A stretch of DNA of 64,000 nucleotides, taken from NCBI GenBank assembly GCA_043747615.1, contig JAYTOU010000057.1, positions 92,041 through 156,040 of the forward strand. The letters are read 5' to 3'. The DNA is from Myxococcales bacterium (GTDB lineage: Bacteria; Myxococcota_A; Polyangia; Polyangiales; Polyangiaceae). A program made the position numbers and the translations under genes. Each line of letters begins with the position of its first letter. The first letter of the stretch is position 1. Below the pieces are notes generated by a model. The model worked only from the letters and a program-made list of their open reading frames with translations. It had not been told where the DNA came from and searched no databases. Shown here in pieces: positions 39,361-49,721 of the stretch.

Positions 39361-40113
39361 ATGCATCCGCCGACGCTTGAAGAGTGGCTTCGTGAAGCCC
39401 CATTTGCCCTCGGGATGTCATCGGGTTTTTTTGGCTTCTTCGCCCACACGGGGGTGGTCACAGTCCTCGAGGACGAGGGGCTGCTCCCGTCACGGGTGTC
39501 GGGCTCGAGCGCAGGAGCGCTGGTGGGTGGGGCCTGGGCCGCGGGGGTGAGCGGGGCCGATCTCGCGCGCGAGCTCGACGCACTTCGCCGCGAGGATTTC
39601 TGGGATCCTCGCTTCGGTCCCGGTCTTCTCCGCGGGGCACTCTTTCGCGCGCGGCTAGAAGCGCTCCTGCGGGTGAGTGATTTTGAAAGTTGCCGCGTGC
39701 CCCTGTCCGTCTCGGTCTTTGATCTGCTCTCGCGAAGAACGACGATCCTCGATCGCGGTCCGTTGGCCTCGGCGCTCCATGCTTCGTGCGCGGTGCCGTT
39801 TCTCTTTCAACCGGTTTGGCGCGACGGTCGACCGCTCATCGACGGCGGCGTGGCGGATCGTCCCGGGCTCGCCGGTTTGAAAGAGGGTCGCACGCTCTTT
39901 CATCACTTGGCGTCGCGTTCTCCGTGGCGCCGTGCGGGAGGCATCTCAATGGCCATCCCGTCGCGAAAAGACATGCTCACGGTCGTCGTTGGCGATCTTC
40001 CGCGCGTCGGTCCGTTTCGTCTTCATGAAGGAATGCGCGCCTTCGACCGAGCGAGGCACGCCATGCGCGAGCTCCTGAAGAGACGCGTGAGCGATCCAGT
40101 CCTCCACGGATGA
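39361..40113 (+). CDS. Patatin-like phospholipase
   Basis: [17 protein letters not shown] (GxSxG), ASCAVP, DGG. Confidence 0.88.
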   Translation: MHPPTLEEWLREAPFALGMSSGFFGFFAHTGVVTVLEDEGLLPSRVSGSSAGALVGGAWAAGVSGADLARELDALRREDFWDPRFGPGLLRGALFRARLEALLRVSDFESCRVPLSVSVFDLLSRRTTILDRGPLASALHASCAVPFLFQPVWRDGRPLIDGGVADRPGLAGLKEGRTLFHHLASRSPWRRAGGISMAIPSRKDMLTVVVGDLPRVGPFRLHEGMRAFDRARHAMRELLKRRVSDPVLHG

Positions 40114-40820
40114 CGGCTCCCTTCTCCGCTCGGATCGTGGCCCGAGCGCGCCTCCTTGGGCTCGACGGCTCACCGCTGCGCGGACCGCATGCAGGCCCAG
40201 CTTGGTTCCACAGTCGCCTCGCCGTCCTTCGCTCCGACGCCACGGCGCTCGACTTGATCGATCCGACGACGGGCGACTTCGCGCACGTGCCGCTCTCACC
40301 ACCGGCGGGAAACCTCGACCTTGGCGCGTGCTTCACGACGGAGCGCGCTGGCCGCCCTTTTCTCGTCGCGTTCGGGCCCGCCTACGTCCTGACCCTCCGC
40401 TTCATCGCACCACGCGCGCCGCAGATCCGGATCGTTCCCTGGCGCTCCCGTGAAGTCCGGGCAGTCGTGTGCTTGGCGAACCGCACGGTGCGGCTCTTTG
40501 GCAGCACGACCACATGCGACGTCGCGCTCGAACCACTCCTCGCGGAGCTCGACGACGCCGACGTCGTCACCGCGCTTCCCCATGCGCTCACCACCTACGA
40601 TCTGGCAAACGATACCTTCGCTGGCGCGAGCGCCTGTGCAGACGAAGTCTTTTGCCTAGCCGGTGAAAGCGTCGGCATTCTCGCGCCAGGAGAGGCGCCT
40701 CGTTGGTCGATGATCGAAGGCCTGACCACCGCGCCTCTCGGTCTCGCGCTCGAGCCGATGCACCGGCGACGAGGCTACGTAATCACGTCGGAGGAGCTCC
40801 TCACGCTCGAGTTCGCGTGA
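40110..40820 (+). CDS. Hypothetical protein (possibly a degenerate beta-propeller)
   Basis: 236-aa ORF with an ATGA overlap to the patatin gene; fills the gap to csp. No confident motif. Confidence 0.55.
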   Translation: MTAPFSARIVARARLLGLDGSPLRGPHAGPAWFHSRLAVLRSDATALDLIDPTTGDFAHVPLSPPAGNLDLGACFTTERAGRPFLVAFGPAYVLTLRFIAPRAPQIRIVPWRSREVRAVVCLANRTVRLFGSTTTCDVALEPLLAELDDADVVTALPHALTTYDLANDTFAGASACADEVFCLAGESVGILAPGEAPRWSMIEGLTTAPLGLALEPMHRRRGYVITSEELLTLEFA

Positions 40821-40947
40821 TCTACTTACCCTCGACATTCTCGCTCAGTCCGCTATTCATTTGGCCGTTAGCATCGTGAGAGCACGTAAAGCATTCGATG
40901 GTCGTTTGCGTGTGCTCGAACGAGCGTAGATAGAGAGATCAAGTAAG

Positions 40948-41154
40948 ATGGCTACTGGCACCGTGAAGTGGTTCAACGAGTCGAAGGGCTTCGGATTCAT
41001 CAAGCAGGATAACGGCGGAGACGACGTGTTCTGCCACTACAGCGCGATCCAGGCCGGCGGCTTCCGCAGCCTGACCGAAGGACAGCCGGTCGAGTTCGAA
41101 GTCAAAAAAGGCCCCAAGGGTCTTCAGGCCGAGAACGTCCGCGTCATTTCCTGA
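40948..41154 (+). CDS. Cold-shock protein (CspA family)
   Basis: [32 protein letters not shown]. Confidence 0.97.
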   Translation: MATGTVKWFNESKGFGFIKQDNGGDDVFCHYSAIQAGGFRSLTEGQPVEFEVKKGPKGLQAENVRVIS

Positions 41155-41189
41155 CTCGAACCAGCTTCACTGAAAGCCTAACTGAAAGC

Positions 41190-41219
41190 AGGGGTGCCGT
41201 TGATTCGGCGCCCCTTTTT
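41190..41219 (+). terminator. Intrinsic terminator after csp
   Basis: AGGGGTGCCG-loop-CGGCGCCCCT followed by a T run. Confidence 0.8.
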
Positions 41220-41250
41220 CATTTAAGTTTTCGGGGTGACGAGGGGCAGC

Positions 41251-41574
41251 CTAGCTGACTTCGAGCAGCTCGACTTCGAACACGAGCGTCGCGTTCGGCG
41301 GGATGACCGGCGGAAAGCCGCGGTCCCCGTAGCCGAGGCTCGCAGGAATGGTGAGCTTGCGCAGTCCGCCGACCTTCATTCCGGCGACGCCCTGGTCCCA
41401 CCCCTTGATGACTTGGCCTGCGCCGAGGCGGAAGGAGAAGCCCTTTCCGCGATCGCGTGAGCTGTCGAATTTGCTGCCGTCGGTGAGCGTGCCCACGTAG
41501 TGAACGGTCACGTTCTTTCCTGCGGTCGCTTCCGTTCCTGCGCCCTGCTTGAGATCTTCCATCTTGAGTTCCAT
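41251..41574 (-). CDS. FKBP-type peptidyl-prolyl cis-trans isomerase
   Basis: [45 protein letters not shown]. Confidence 0.96.
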   Translation of the reverse strand: MELKMEDLKQGAGTEATAGKNVTVHYVGTLTDGSKFDSSRDRGKGFSFRLGAGQVIKGWDQGVAGMKVGGLRKLTIPASLGYGDRGFPPVIPPNATLVFEVELLEVS

Positions 41575-41627
41575 GGCCGCATGGGAGCCTCGACGGGGTG
41601 CCCGAGTCAAGCGAGGATGCGCGCCTC

Positions 41628-43604
41628 ATGCGCCTTCTTTTTTCTCTCGCTCTCGCGGCGCTTGCGCTCACGTCGTGCTCGGCGAAATCGTGCAACCCCG
41701 ACGCGGCACCGGCGACGGCGACTCTCGATGCGGGTGCCGAGCTTTCGGCTACGCCCAACCTCGACGCCAGTGATATCGTCACCCACGCCTCGGCTCTGTG
41801 GGATGCGGGCCCGCCGGTCGTCACCTCCGGCGTAGTGGACGGCGCCCGCCTCCGAGCGCGCAACCGTGAGCGCCTCGCCCGCGCGGCCCCCGTGATCATC
41901 CTCCAAGGAAAGACGGCGCTCGAGCTCGGCGAACGGATCTGCGCTGAGGTCGTGCCTCATCGGTCGAAGGACACGCCGGTTCTCCTCAAGCCGAATATCG
42001 GTGGCTTCGATTGGTTCAAGGATCCCGCGAAGAACGCGGGCGATGACGGGCTGAAAGGGCGCATCACGGATCCCGAGTTCGTGCGCGGAGTCATTCATTG
42101 CCTGAAGGCGCGGGGGCACACGAAGATCACCGTGGCCGAAGGTTGGGGGGCGACGCACAAGGATTGGGAGCACCTCATTCGCGCGTCCGGATACGAGAAG
42201 ATGACCGCGGAAGAGAGTGTGCCTCTGGTCGCCATGGATGACGACGGCGTCTTCGACGTGGAGCTGGATCAGCCTGGAAAACCGCTCACGGTGAGCGGAA
42301 TGGAGGCGACGCACGTGCCGAACCTGCTCATTCCGAAGATCCTTGCCGAGCATCTCGAGCACGGGATGTTCTTGTCGCTCCCGAAAATCAAAGCCCATCG
42401 CTTCGGCGTCGTGTCCATGTCGGTGAAGGGGATGCAAGGGACGGTGATGCTCTCCGATGCTTCGCCCGCGTTTCGCCAGAAGTGGCGCATGCACCGCGAG
42501 CTCAATCCGTACCTCGACGCTCGCAAAGCCCACGCGGCGACCGAGGGCGCGAACGCCGACCAGCCCAATGATCGCGCGGCGTACGTGGCGGCGCTCGAGA
42601 TCTTCGCGGAGCGTATGACCGATGTCCTCGAGATCGAAGCGCCGGATGCCGTGCTCGCCGAAGGGGCGCCCGCGATGGGCGGCGACGGATTTCAAACGCT
42701 CTTTCCCAGTGCCGAGATGGTGGCCATCGGCGGAACGCATCCCATCCTCGTCGATCGCGTCGGCTCGCAATTTCTCGGCTTGTGGAATGAGCCGGCGCTC
42801 GCAAAAGAGCTAGGAGGTCACGCGAGCTCACCACTCATCGAAACGGCGGGCAAGCGCTTCGGGATCGATCTCGACAGACCGGTGGTGAGCGGGGACGGGG
42901 CAGAGCTCCTTCGCTCGGCGCGTCCCGTGCACTTCGTGGGGATGGCGCCTTTCGCGATTCACAAGGGCGCGTCGTCGGAGTCGCGTCCGCGCCTTCGTGC
43001 GCCGTTTGGCGACGTGGTGATCGACGGAAAAGGGAGCGACGCTGCGTGGGCGAAGGCGCAGCCCGTCTCGTGGGACACCGACTACGCTGGAGCTCCGACG
43101 GGAACGCTCACCCGCGTGCGCGCTCTTTGGTCGAAAGCCGGGCTCGCCGTCCTCATCGAGCTCGAACAGGCGGATCTCAACGTGGACACGTCGCGCGCCA
43201 TAGCCGTCGAGCGCGCGAGGCTCTACGACGAAGACTGCGTCGAGCTGTTCCTCACTCCCGATCCGCATACGCCTAGTCACTATTACGAGATCGAGCTTGG
43301 CCCTCTCGGGCATTTTTTGGATATCGACGTCGATCGCAAGGCGAAGCGCGAGGACGTGGAGTGGTCCGCCGGGCTTCAGATCGCGACGATCCACGATGCG
43401 GCAAAGCGCACCGCGACGATCGAAGTCCGCATGAACGCACCGGATGTGCTGCACGCGCTTGGGCCAGGCCGCGAGCTGCCACTCGGTCTCTTTCGGATGG
43501 ATGGAAAGAATCCTCGCCGCTACCTTGCGTGGAGCCCTCCTCGAACCGCCAAGCCAAACTTCCACGTTCCGGAAGCGTTCGGCACTCTCCTCCTCGAGCC
43601 ATGA
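41628..43604 (+). CDS. Lipoprotein with a DUF362-like domain fused to a C-terminal CBM9/DOMON-like domain
   Basis: Lipobox LTSC. DUF362-like motifs VLLKPN, TDPEFV, VAEG, SLPKIKAH..VSMSVK, AEG..AMGGDG, PILVD. C-terminal VIDG...W, DCVELFL, YYEIELGP, WSP, FHVPEAFG. Confidence 0.72.
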   Translation: MRLLFSLALAALALTSCSAKSCNPDAAPATATLDAGAELSATPNLDASDIVTHASALWDAGPPVVTSGVVDGARLRARNRERLARAAPVIILQGKTALELGERICAEVVPHRSKDTPVLLKPNIGGFDWFKDPAKNAGDDGLKGRITDPEFVRGVIHCLKARGHTKITVAEGWGATHKDWEHLIRASGYEKMTAEESVPLVAMDDDGVFDVELDQPGKPLTVSGMEATHVPNLLIPKILAEHLEHGMFLSLPKIKAHRFGVVSMSVKGMQGTVMLSDASPAFRQKWRMHRELNPYLDARKAHAATEGANADQPNDRAAYVAALEIFAERMTDVLEIEAPDAVLAEGAPAMGGDGFQTLFPSAEMVAIGGTHPILVDRVGSQFLGLWNEPALAKELGGHASSPLIETAGKRFGIDLDRPVVSGDGAELLRSARPVHFVGMAPFAIHKGASSESRPRLRAPFGDVVIDGKGSDAAWAKAQPVSWDTDYAGAPTGTLTRVRALWSKAGLAVLIELEQADLNVDTSRAIAVERARLYDEDCVELFLTPDPHTPSHYYEIELGPLGHFLDIDVDRKAKREDVEWSAGLQIATIHDAAKRTATIEVRMNAPDVLHALGPGRELPLGLFRMDGKNPRRYLAWSPPRTAKPNFHVPEAFGTLLLEP

Positions 43605-45478
43605 CTCCCAAGACACGCATCACTTCTCTCACCCTGGGAGCGCTCGGCATCGTCTTCGGGGACATCGGAACGAGCCCGCTCTACACGCTCCACGAGTGCA
43701 CGAGCGGCGACCACGGAGCGGCCCCCACCCCAGAAAATATCGAGGGCGTGCTCTCCTTGATTTTTTGGGCGCTCACCATGGTCGTCTCGGTGAAGTACCT
43801 GGGCTTCATCATGAAGGCCGACAACCAGGGCGAAGGAGGCATTCTCGCGCTCCTTGCCCTCGTGCCCGAGAAGCTTCGCGGCGACGTGCGATCGAAGAGG
43901 ATTGGTTGGGTGCCGATCCTGGTGCTTATCGGTGCCGCGCTCCTCTACGGCGACGGGATCATCACCCCGGCGATCTCGGTCCTCAGCGCGGTCGAGGGCC
44001 TCGAAGTGGCCACCGACAAGCTCACGCCCTTGGTCCTCCCGCTTACCTGCGCGATCCTCGTCGGCCTCTTTGCGATCCAGCGGCGCGGTACGGGGAGCGT
44101 GGGACGAGCGTTTGGTCCGGTGATGCTCGTGTGGTTCGTGACCATCGGCGCGCTCGGCGCTTTTCAGATTGCGAAGAACCCGGCGATCCTCGTTGCCCTC
44201 TCGCCGCATCACGCCGCCGCCTTCTTCGGACGGCACGGGCTTCGCGGGCTCGGAGTTCTCGGCGGCGTCGTTCTGGCGGTGACCGGCGGCGAGGCTCTCT
44301 ACGCCGACATGGGTCACTTTGGTCATCGCCCGATTCGTCTTGCGTGGTGGCTCGTGGCGATGCCCGCGCTGGTGCTCAATTACTTCGGCCAAGGAGCGCT
44401 CATGCTCCGCGACCCGAGCGCGCTCAGCAGCCCTTTTTTCTCGCTCGTTCCAGCAGGACACTGGACGATCGCGCTCGTGATTCTTTCGGGGGCAGCGACC
44501 GTCATCGCCTCACAAGCGCTGATCTCGGGCGCGTTTTCGCTCACCCATCAGGCCGTTCAGCTCGGTTACTTTCCGCGCGTCACCGTTCGCCACACGTCCG
44601 GAGAAGCCGAAGGCCAGATCTACATCCCCCAGATCAATTGGTTCCTGATGGTGGCCTGCGTCGCTCTCGTGCTCACCTTCCAGAAGTCCGCGCGACTTGC
44701 GGCGGCCTACGGAATCGCCGTCACCGGTACGATGGCCATCACGTCGATCATGTACTACGTCGTCGCCCATAACACCTGGGGCTGGTCGAAGGTGAAGGCG
44801 GGATCGGTCGTCTTCGTTTTTCTGTGCTTCGACATTCCGTTCTTCGCCGCAAACCTCCTCAAGTTTTTCGAAGGAGGGTACGTGCCGCTCTTGGCCGGCG
44901 CCGTTTTCTTCTTCCTGATGCTCACGTGGAAGCGTGGACGCGGCCTCCTCGCCGACTACGTGTCCAAATTTACGCCATCGATGAGCACGTTCCTCGAGCA
45001 GATTGGTTCGCTCCCTCGCGTTCCCGGAACGGGCATTTATTTGGCTTCGAATCAGGACCGCGTGCCCCCACCGCTCTTTCACCATGGCGCTCGAATGCGC
45101 GTGCTTCCCGAGACGGTCGTTCTCGTGACTGTGGTGACGGAGCACAGTCCCACGACGATTGATCCCGCGCGCCAACTAGAGACCAAGGACATGGGCAAGG
45201 GCGTCTACCGCGTGATCGCGCGTTGCGGATTCATGGAGAAGCCGAACGTGCCCGCGCTCGTCATGAAGGCTTTGAGGTTGCTCAACATCACGAGCCAACC
45301 GAACGACCTCACCTACTACCTAGGGCACGAGACGTTCCTCGCCACGAAACGCGGAAACATGGGAGGCTTTCGCGAGAGCGTCTTCAGGTTTCTCTCCAAC
45401 AACGCCGATCCCGCCACCCTGTTTTTCGGCATCCCGCCCGAGCAAGTCGTCGAGCTCGGCACTCAGATCGATCTGTAG
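43601..45478 (+). CDS. kup: KUP/HAK/KT potassium transporter
   Basis: LGIVFGDIGTSPLY, ADNQGEGG, DGIITPAISVLSAVEG, TGGEALYADMGHF, GQIYIP, AYGIAV, VVELG. Confidence 0.96.
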   Translation: MTPKTRITSLTLGALGIVFGDIGTSPLYTLHECTSGDHGAAPTPENIEGVLSLIFWALTMVVSVKYLGFIMKADNQGEGGILALLALVPEKLRGDVRSKRIGWVPILVLIGAALLYGDGIITPAISVLSAVEGLEVATDKLTPLVLPLTCAILVGLFAIQRRGTGSVGRAFGPVMLVWFVTIGALGAFQIAKNPAILVALSPHHAAAFFGRHGLRGLGVLGGVVLAVTGGEALYADMGHFGHRPIRLAWWLVAMPALVLNYFGQGALMLRDPSALSSPFFSLVPAGHWTIALVILSGAATVIASQALISGAFSLTHQAVQLGYFPRVTVRHTSGEAEGQIYIPQINWFLMVACVALVLTFQKSARLAAAYGIAVTGTMAITSIMYYVVAHNTWGWSKVKAGSVVFVFLCFDIPFFAANLLKFFEGGYVPLLAGAVFFFLMLTWKRGRGLLADYVSKFTPSMSTFLEQIGSLPRVPGTGIYLASNQDRVPPPLFHHGARMRVLPETVVLVTVVTEHSPTTIDPARQLETKDMGKGVYRVIARCGFMEKPNVPALVMKALRLLNITSQPNDLTYYLGHETFLATKRGNMGGFRESVFRFLSNNADPATLFFGIPPEQVVELGTQIDL

Positions 45479-45485
45479 ACCGCGC

Positions 45486-46493
45486 TCACCAGCGACCTTC
45501 CGCGACCACCCCGCCCAGCCCGACACGAAGCGTTGTCGCGTGCGGAGCCGCCAGATAAAGAATGGCCCCGCCCGCGACGGCCGAGCCGCCCGCGATGAGC
45601 CCGATGGTGGCAACGTTGCCAGCGCTGACCGCTTGCGCGCGCAGCTCGGTTCCGTGGCCCGTGCAGACGTCTGCCTTGCAGAAGCTCACGGCGTCGTCGT
45701 GGCGCGAGATGGATCGAAAGCCGAAGTAGGTCCCGACGCCGATGCTCACGAGCCCTGCGCCACCAATCGCCACGCCGACCAAGCGCTGGGTCTTTCCGTC
45801 GCTCTGAGGTTCTGCCGGCGGTGGGCGCGCCGTCACGAGGCTCGGATCGGGAGCGGCCGGCCCCGACAGCGAAGGGATGACCACCTTCATCGTGACGCTG
45901 TCGCGCTGAAGCATGATCGTCGTGCGCCACGTTTTTCCGCTCGGCACGCTTGCCACGATTCCATGCTCGCCCGGGTCGAGCGGAATGGGCGTCTCCCACT
46001 GGGCTTCACCGAGCGAGACTCCATCGCGTGTAATTTGCAATCCCTGAACGCGATTGCCCTCGGGCACTTCAATGAAGAGCCGCGGCACCTTGGCCTCGAG
46101 CGCTCGCGCTCGTGCCCGCGCGACCTCTTCGCGATCCAGTTGTCCGGATGCCTTGGCGATCGCGGCCACCTGAAGGAAGCCGCCCCATGCGCTCGCCGTT
46201 CTACCGAGCTGCTCGTAGCAATCGGAGAGGTGGTACTGCGTGCCGAGCCCCGGATCGAGACGATGGCTCTCTTCGAGTTTCGGGCACGCGTCGCCGTACT
46301 TGCCTTGGTCCATCAGCGCCTTGGCGTTGTCGTAGAGGCCCTGCGCCACCGCGACCTCCGCAGCCGACGGTGTAGCCAGCGCGGCGGATGAAACCAAGCT
46401 GCTCGCGCAACTGAGCAGGCCGAGCCCGAGTAAGTGGCTTCGTGCGAAGTACCCCACGAGACGTCGGTCCCCCCGACGCAAGACGGTCTTCAT
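45486..46493 (-). CDS. Exported TPR-like + PEGA-like protein with a C-terminal hydrophobic hairpin
   Basis: Signal peptide, ACPKLEESHRLDPG.GT..HL.DCYE (TPR-like), RDG..PIPLDPGEH (PEGA-like), two hydrophobic segments around CKADVC; ends EGRW. Confidence 0.75.
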   Translation of the reverse strand: MKTVLRRGDRRLVGYFARSHLLGLGLLSCASSLVSSAALATPSAAEVAVAQGLYDNAKALMDQGKYGDACPKLEESHRLDPGLGTQYHLSDCYEQLGRTASAWGGFLQVAAIAKASGQLDREEVARARARALEAKVPRLFIEVPEGNRVQGLQITRDGVSLGEAQWETPIPLDPGEHGIVASVPSGKTWRTTIMLQRDSVTMKVVIPSLSGPAAPDPSLVTARPPPAEPQSDGKTQRLVGVAIGGAGLVSIGVGTYFGFRSISRHDDAVSFCKADVCTGHGTELRAQAVSAGNVATIGLIAGGSAVAGGAILYLAAPHATTLRVGLGGVVAEGRW

Positions 46494-46511
46494 GCACCCC
46501 TGGTTAGAAAC

Positions 46512-47951
46512 TCATTTACGGTCGTCGAAGACGTTACTCTTCGCGCTCGGCGCGGTCGAGGGCTTCAAAATTCTCGCCGGCTTGCCTGCCTTACCGGCCT
46601 GAGGCGGCGGGGAGCCAACGGCAGCTTTGAGCTCGATGGGCGCCGTAGCGCTCGGGATGGTTGCAAGGCCCGACGCGCTCGGGATGGTTTCTACCGCGGA
46701 GGGCGGAGGAGGCGCAGACGCGTTGCGCAAGCCTTCCGCCGCACGATAGCGGGCAAATCCAAGGACGCCCCCGACGATCGCGAGTGCCATGAACCCAGAG
46801 AACGCGATGGCCTTCCAGCGCGACGTGGGGCGAGGCAGGAGCTCCTCGGCGTCGCGTGCAATCGAGGTGTTCGTGGCGTGCTTCGTCGTTTCGGCCACGT
46901 CGGTTGGCGACAACCCCATGGACGGCATCGGCACCGAGACGGGTACGAACGCGAGCGGGGTCGGCGGTCGCTCGGCGTGGCCGCGGTCGGTGACTGCCTG
47001 GCGACTAGAGGCGGCCAGCGCGACGAGAGCGACGCTCTCAGCAAGAAGCGCTGAGCCATCTGCACCGAAGGGGACGAGGGCGCGCGCGAGATCCGCGACG
47101 TTGTCGAAGCGTTCGTCCTTGTCCTTCTCGAGGCAACGAAGGATGACGAGCTCGAGCCCCTCCTGCGCATTCGGCACGTCCGCCCGGAGCTTCCGCGGCG
47201 CGGCGGAGCGGATCAAGCTCTGAAGCTCGGTGAGATCCTCGCTGTCGAACGGCGGCTTGCCCGAAATGAGCTCGTGCAAGATCGCGCCGATTGCCCAGAT
47301 GTCCGCCCGCCCGTCCACGTTCTCCGTGTTCTGCAGCTGCTCGGGCGACATGTAGTGCGGCGTTCCGAACGAGGATTGCTTGCGCGTAAGCATCCCCCGC
47401 ACTTTGGAGATGCCAAAATCGAGGACCTTCACGATGGGCCGACCGTCGGGGCCGAGCGATAGGAAGAGGTTTGCGGGCTTCAAATCGCGGTGAACGATGC
47501 CAAGGCCATGCGCTTCCGCCAGTGCCTCGCAGGCCTCGAGGACGAACCCCACCGCCGTCTCGGCGGCTACCGGCCCTTGATCGGAGAGGAGCGTCTCCAG
47601 GTCCTGCCCCTCGAGATACTCCATGACCAAGCACGGAGCGCCGTCGTCGAGGGTCCCGACGTCGAAAACGCGGGCCACGTGGTCGCTCTTGATCTTGACG
47701 GAGGCGCGGGCCTCTCGCCGGAATCGTTTGACGATTTCCTCGTTCTTCCGAAATTTCGGGAGGAGGATCTTCAGCGCTACCCGCTCATCCAGCTCCAGGT
47801 GACGCGCCGCGACGACGGCGGCCATCCCCCCGACACCGAGGACGGCTTCGACCGCGTACTTCCCAGCGAGCACGTCGCCCACGTTGGGAAGGCCCAACGA
47901 GAAGACGCTCGCTCGAATGCTCACCGGAGGTGGTTTGCCGCTGGTCGTCAA
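46512..47951 (-). CDS. Hanks-type membrane Ser/Thr protein kinase
   Basis: LGVGGMA.V, VALK, HRDLKPAN, DFG, GTPHYMSPE, DIW; TM near the C-terminus and a Pro/Ala-rich tail. Confidence 0.95.
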   Translation of the reverse strand: MTTSGKPPPVSIRASVFSLGLPNVGDVLAGKYAVEAVLGVGGMAAVVAARHLELDERVALKILLPKFRKNEEIVKRFRREARASVKIKSDHVARVFDVGTLDDGAPCLVMEYLEGQDLETLLSDQGPVAAETAVGFVLEACEALAEAHGLGIVHRDLKPANLFLSLGPDGRPIVKVLDFGISKVRGMLTRKQSSFGTPHYMSPEQLQNTENVDGRADIWAIGAILHELISGKPPFDSEDLTELQSLIRSAAPRKLRADVPNAQEGLELVILRCLEKDKDERFDNVADLARALVPFGADGSALLAESVALVALAASSRQAVTDRGHAERPPTPLAFVPVSVPMPSMGLSPTDVAETTKHATNTSIARDAEELLPRPTSRWKAIAFSGFMALAIVGGVLGFARYRAAEGLRNASAPPPPSAVETIPSASGLATIPSATAPIELKAAVGSPPPQAGKAGKPARILKPSTAPSAKSNVFDDRK

Positions 47952-48154
47952 TCTGCTCCCAGAAGAAATATTTGAAGCCCCCGCACAATTCGTCGAGCTT
48001 TACGGAACCACGACCAGGGCTCCAACGCAACCATCCAGCGTGCAGACATGGACCGCCGTCTGCGCAGACGGGAGCCCGTCGTGCGTGAAGGTGAGACTCA
48101 GATGTTGGATTCTCGTCGAGAGCTTTAGGGCAAAGCCTCGGTGTAGGATTCGGC

Positions 48155-49069
48155 ATGACTCAGAGCACTTCGCTTGGGCAGATGCGCCTTGGTGACCTCT
48201 TCGCCTTCCTGGCTGTCAAGTCGAGCGGCTCGATCACGGGGGCCGCGCGCGAGCTTCGGGTGACCCCGTCACAGGTGAGCAAGGCGATCACGCGGCTCGA
48301 GCACCTCCTGCGCGTTCGACTCCTCTCGCGAAGCTCGCGCGGCGTTGCTCTCAGCGCCGCGGGCCGGCGGATGGCGCCGCTCGTCGAGCAAGTGGTGCTG
48401 CGTTTGAAGCTCCTCGGTCGCGAGGACCACGACGGGACGACGGAGCTAACTCTCGCCGCACCATCCTGGTTGGTGACCCAATTCGTGCCTGCGATCGCCG
48501 CCGCTCATCCTGAGATCAAGATGCGCGGGCTCGAGCTTCCTCCCGCCCTCATTCGCGCGTACGCCGCAGAGAATTTTTTCGACGTCACGATCTTGACGAG
48601 CGATGCGGATCGTTTGCCGGGTGCATGGGCGAGCACGCGAGTCGGCGACGTACGCAAGGCGCTCTTCGCGAACCCGGCGCTTGCCCAGAGGCTCGGACCG
48701 CAGCCCGTCTCCGCCGAGCGATTGCGCGAGGTGCCTTTCATCTGCCCGATTTACCACCGCGACGGTCAGTTCATGATGGTCGACGACGACTGTCCGCTCA
48801 CGCACGCAGACCGCCAGATCGGTCATCAGGCACAGACCATTAGCCTCGCGCTCGAGCTCGCGTGCATCACGGATCAGCTTGTTTTTGGGCCTTTCATTGC
48901 AGCGCGACGCTTCGTGCAAATCGGCGCGCTCACCGAGATCACGGTCGAAGGCTGGAGCGTCAACGAGCCTCTGTACGTCGTCTGCAACAGTGACCGTGTT
49001 CTGTCGCGCATCGAAAAGTGCATCATCAAAGCCCTGAAAACATCGCTTCGCGAATTCGATCCGGCGTAG
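48155..49069 (+). CDS. LysR-family transcriptional regulator
   Basis: GSITGAARELRVTPSQVSKAITRLE..L...LLSRSSRGVALS.AG HTH; about 300 aa. Confidence 0.9.
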   Translation: MTQSTSLGQMRLGDLFAFLAVKSSGSITGAARELRVTPSQVSKAITRLEHLLRVRLLSRSSRGVALSAAGRRMAPLVEQVVLRLKLLGREDHDGTTELTLAAPSWLVTQFVPAIAAAHPEIKMRGLELPPALIRAYAAENFFDVTILTSDADRLPGAWASTRVGDVRKALFANPALAQRLGPQPVSAERLREVPFICPIYHRDGQFMMVDDDCPLTHADRQIGHQAQTISLALELACITDQLVFGPFIAARRFVQIGALTEITVEGWSVNEPLYVVCNSDRVLSRIEKCIIKALKTSLREFDPA

Positions 49070-49109
49070 AGCCGCGTCCTTGGGACAAGCGGCGCGCTCC
49101 GAAGGCCGT

Positions 49110-49538
49110 CTAGTCCTTGGAATCCACGCGGCGGTCGCGCTTCTTTGCAGAGTTGTGTTCCTTGGCGTCGAGCCGGCGAGCGTTGGCGCGGCGGCTCGGC
49201 TTGGTGGGTCTTCGGGCCTTCGGACGTTCGAGCGCACGCAGGACGAGCGTGCAGAGCTTCGCTCGAGCGTCTTCGAGATTGCGTCCCTGGTCGCGCGTGA
49301 GCTGACTGGCGATGCGCAACCGACCCTCCGCGTCGAGCTGCGACTTGCCGAGAACGCGGAGGCGGCTCTTCGTCATCGCATCGAGGAGAGGTGAGCCCTC
49401 GAAGTCGAACCGCAGCTCGACTTTGGACGAAACCTTGTTGACGTTCTGACCGCCAGGACCGGAGGCGCGCGTGGCGCTCCACTCGAGCTCCGCGCCGGGA
49501 ATCGTGAGCGTGGCGTTGATCGACAGTGGACGGGACAC
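49110..49538 (-). CDS. arfB: Alternative ribosome rescue factor B (peptidyl-tRNA hydrolase)
   Basis: RASGPGGQNVNKVSSKVELR, RDQGRN, RRPTKPS, and a basic tail. The GTG start at 49538 is inferred. Confidence 0.93.
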   Translation of the reverse strand: MSRPLSINATLTIPGAELEWSATRASGPGGQNVNKVSSKVELRFDFEGSPLLDAMTKSRLRVLGKSQLDAEGRLRIASQLTRDQGRNLEDARAKLCTLVLRALERPKARRPTKPSRRANARRLDAKEHNSAKKRDRRVDSKD

Positions 49539-49721
49539 GCCAGACTCTACGCTACCAACCCTGTCGACTGGGGTGTGGTAACTCACGCAAACCATCACCG
49601 TTCCCAACGTGGTCACGTCGGAGACGGCTGAAAGGGCCACTCCCGAGCGCCATTCTGCCACGCGTCACGCTCCGACCGTTCGCGAAATGCCACAAATCGC
49701 CGTTTTTCGCAGCAACTCGTG

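Noticed and set aside
43361..43600. Extended kup N-terminus (705-aa ORF)
   Set aside because: It overlaps the upstream gene; the ATG at 43601 gives a typical Kup length.
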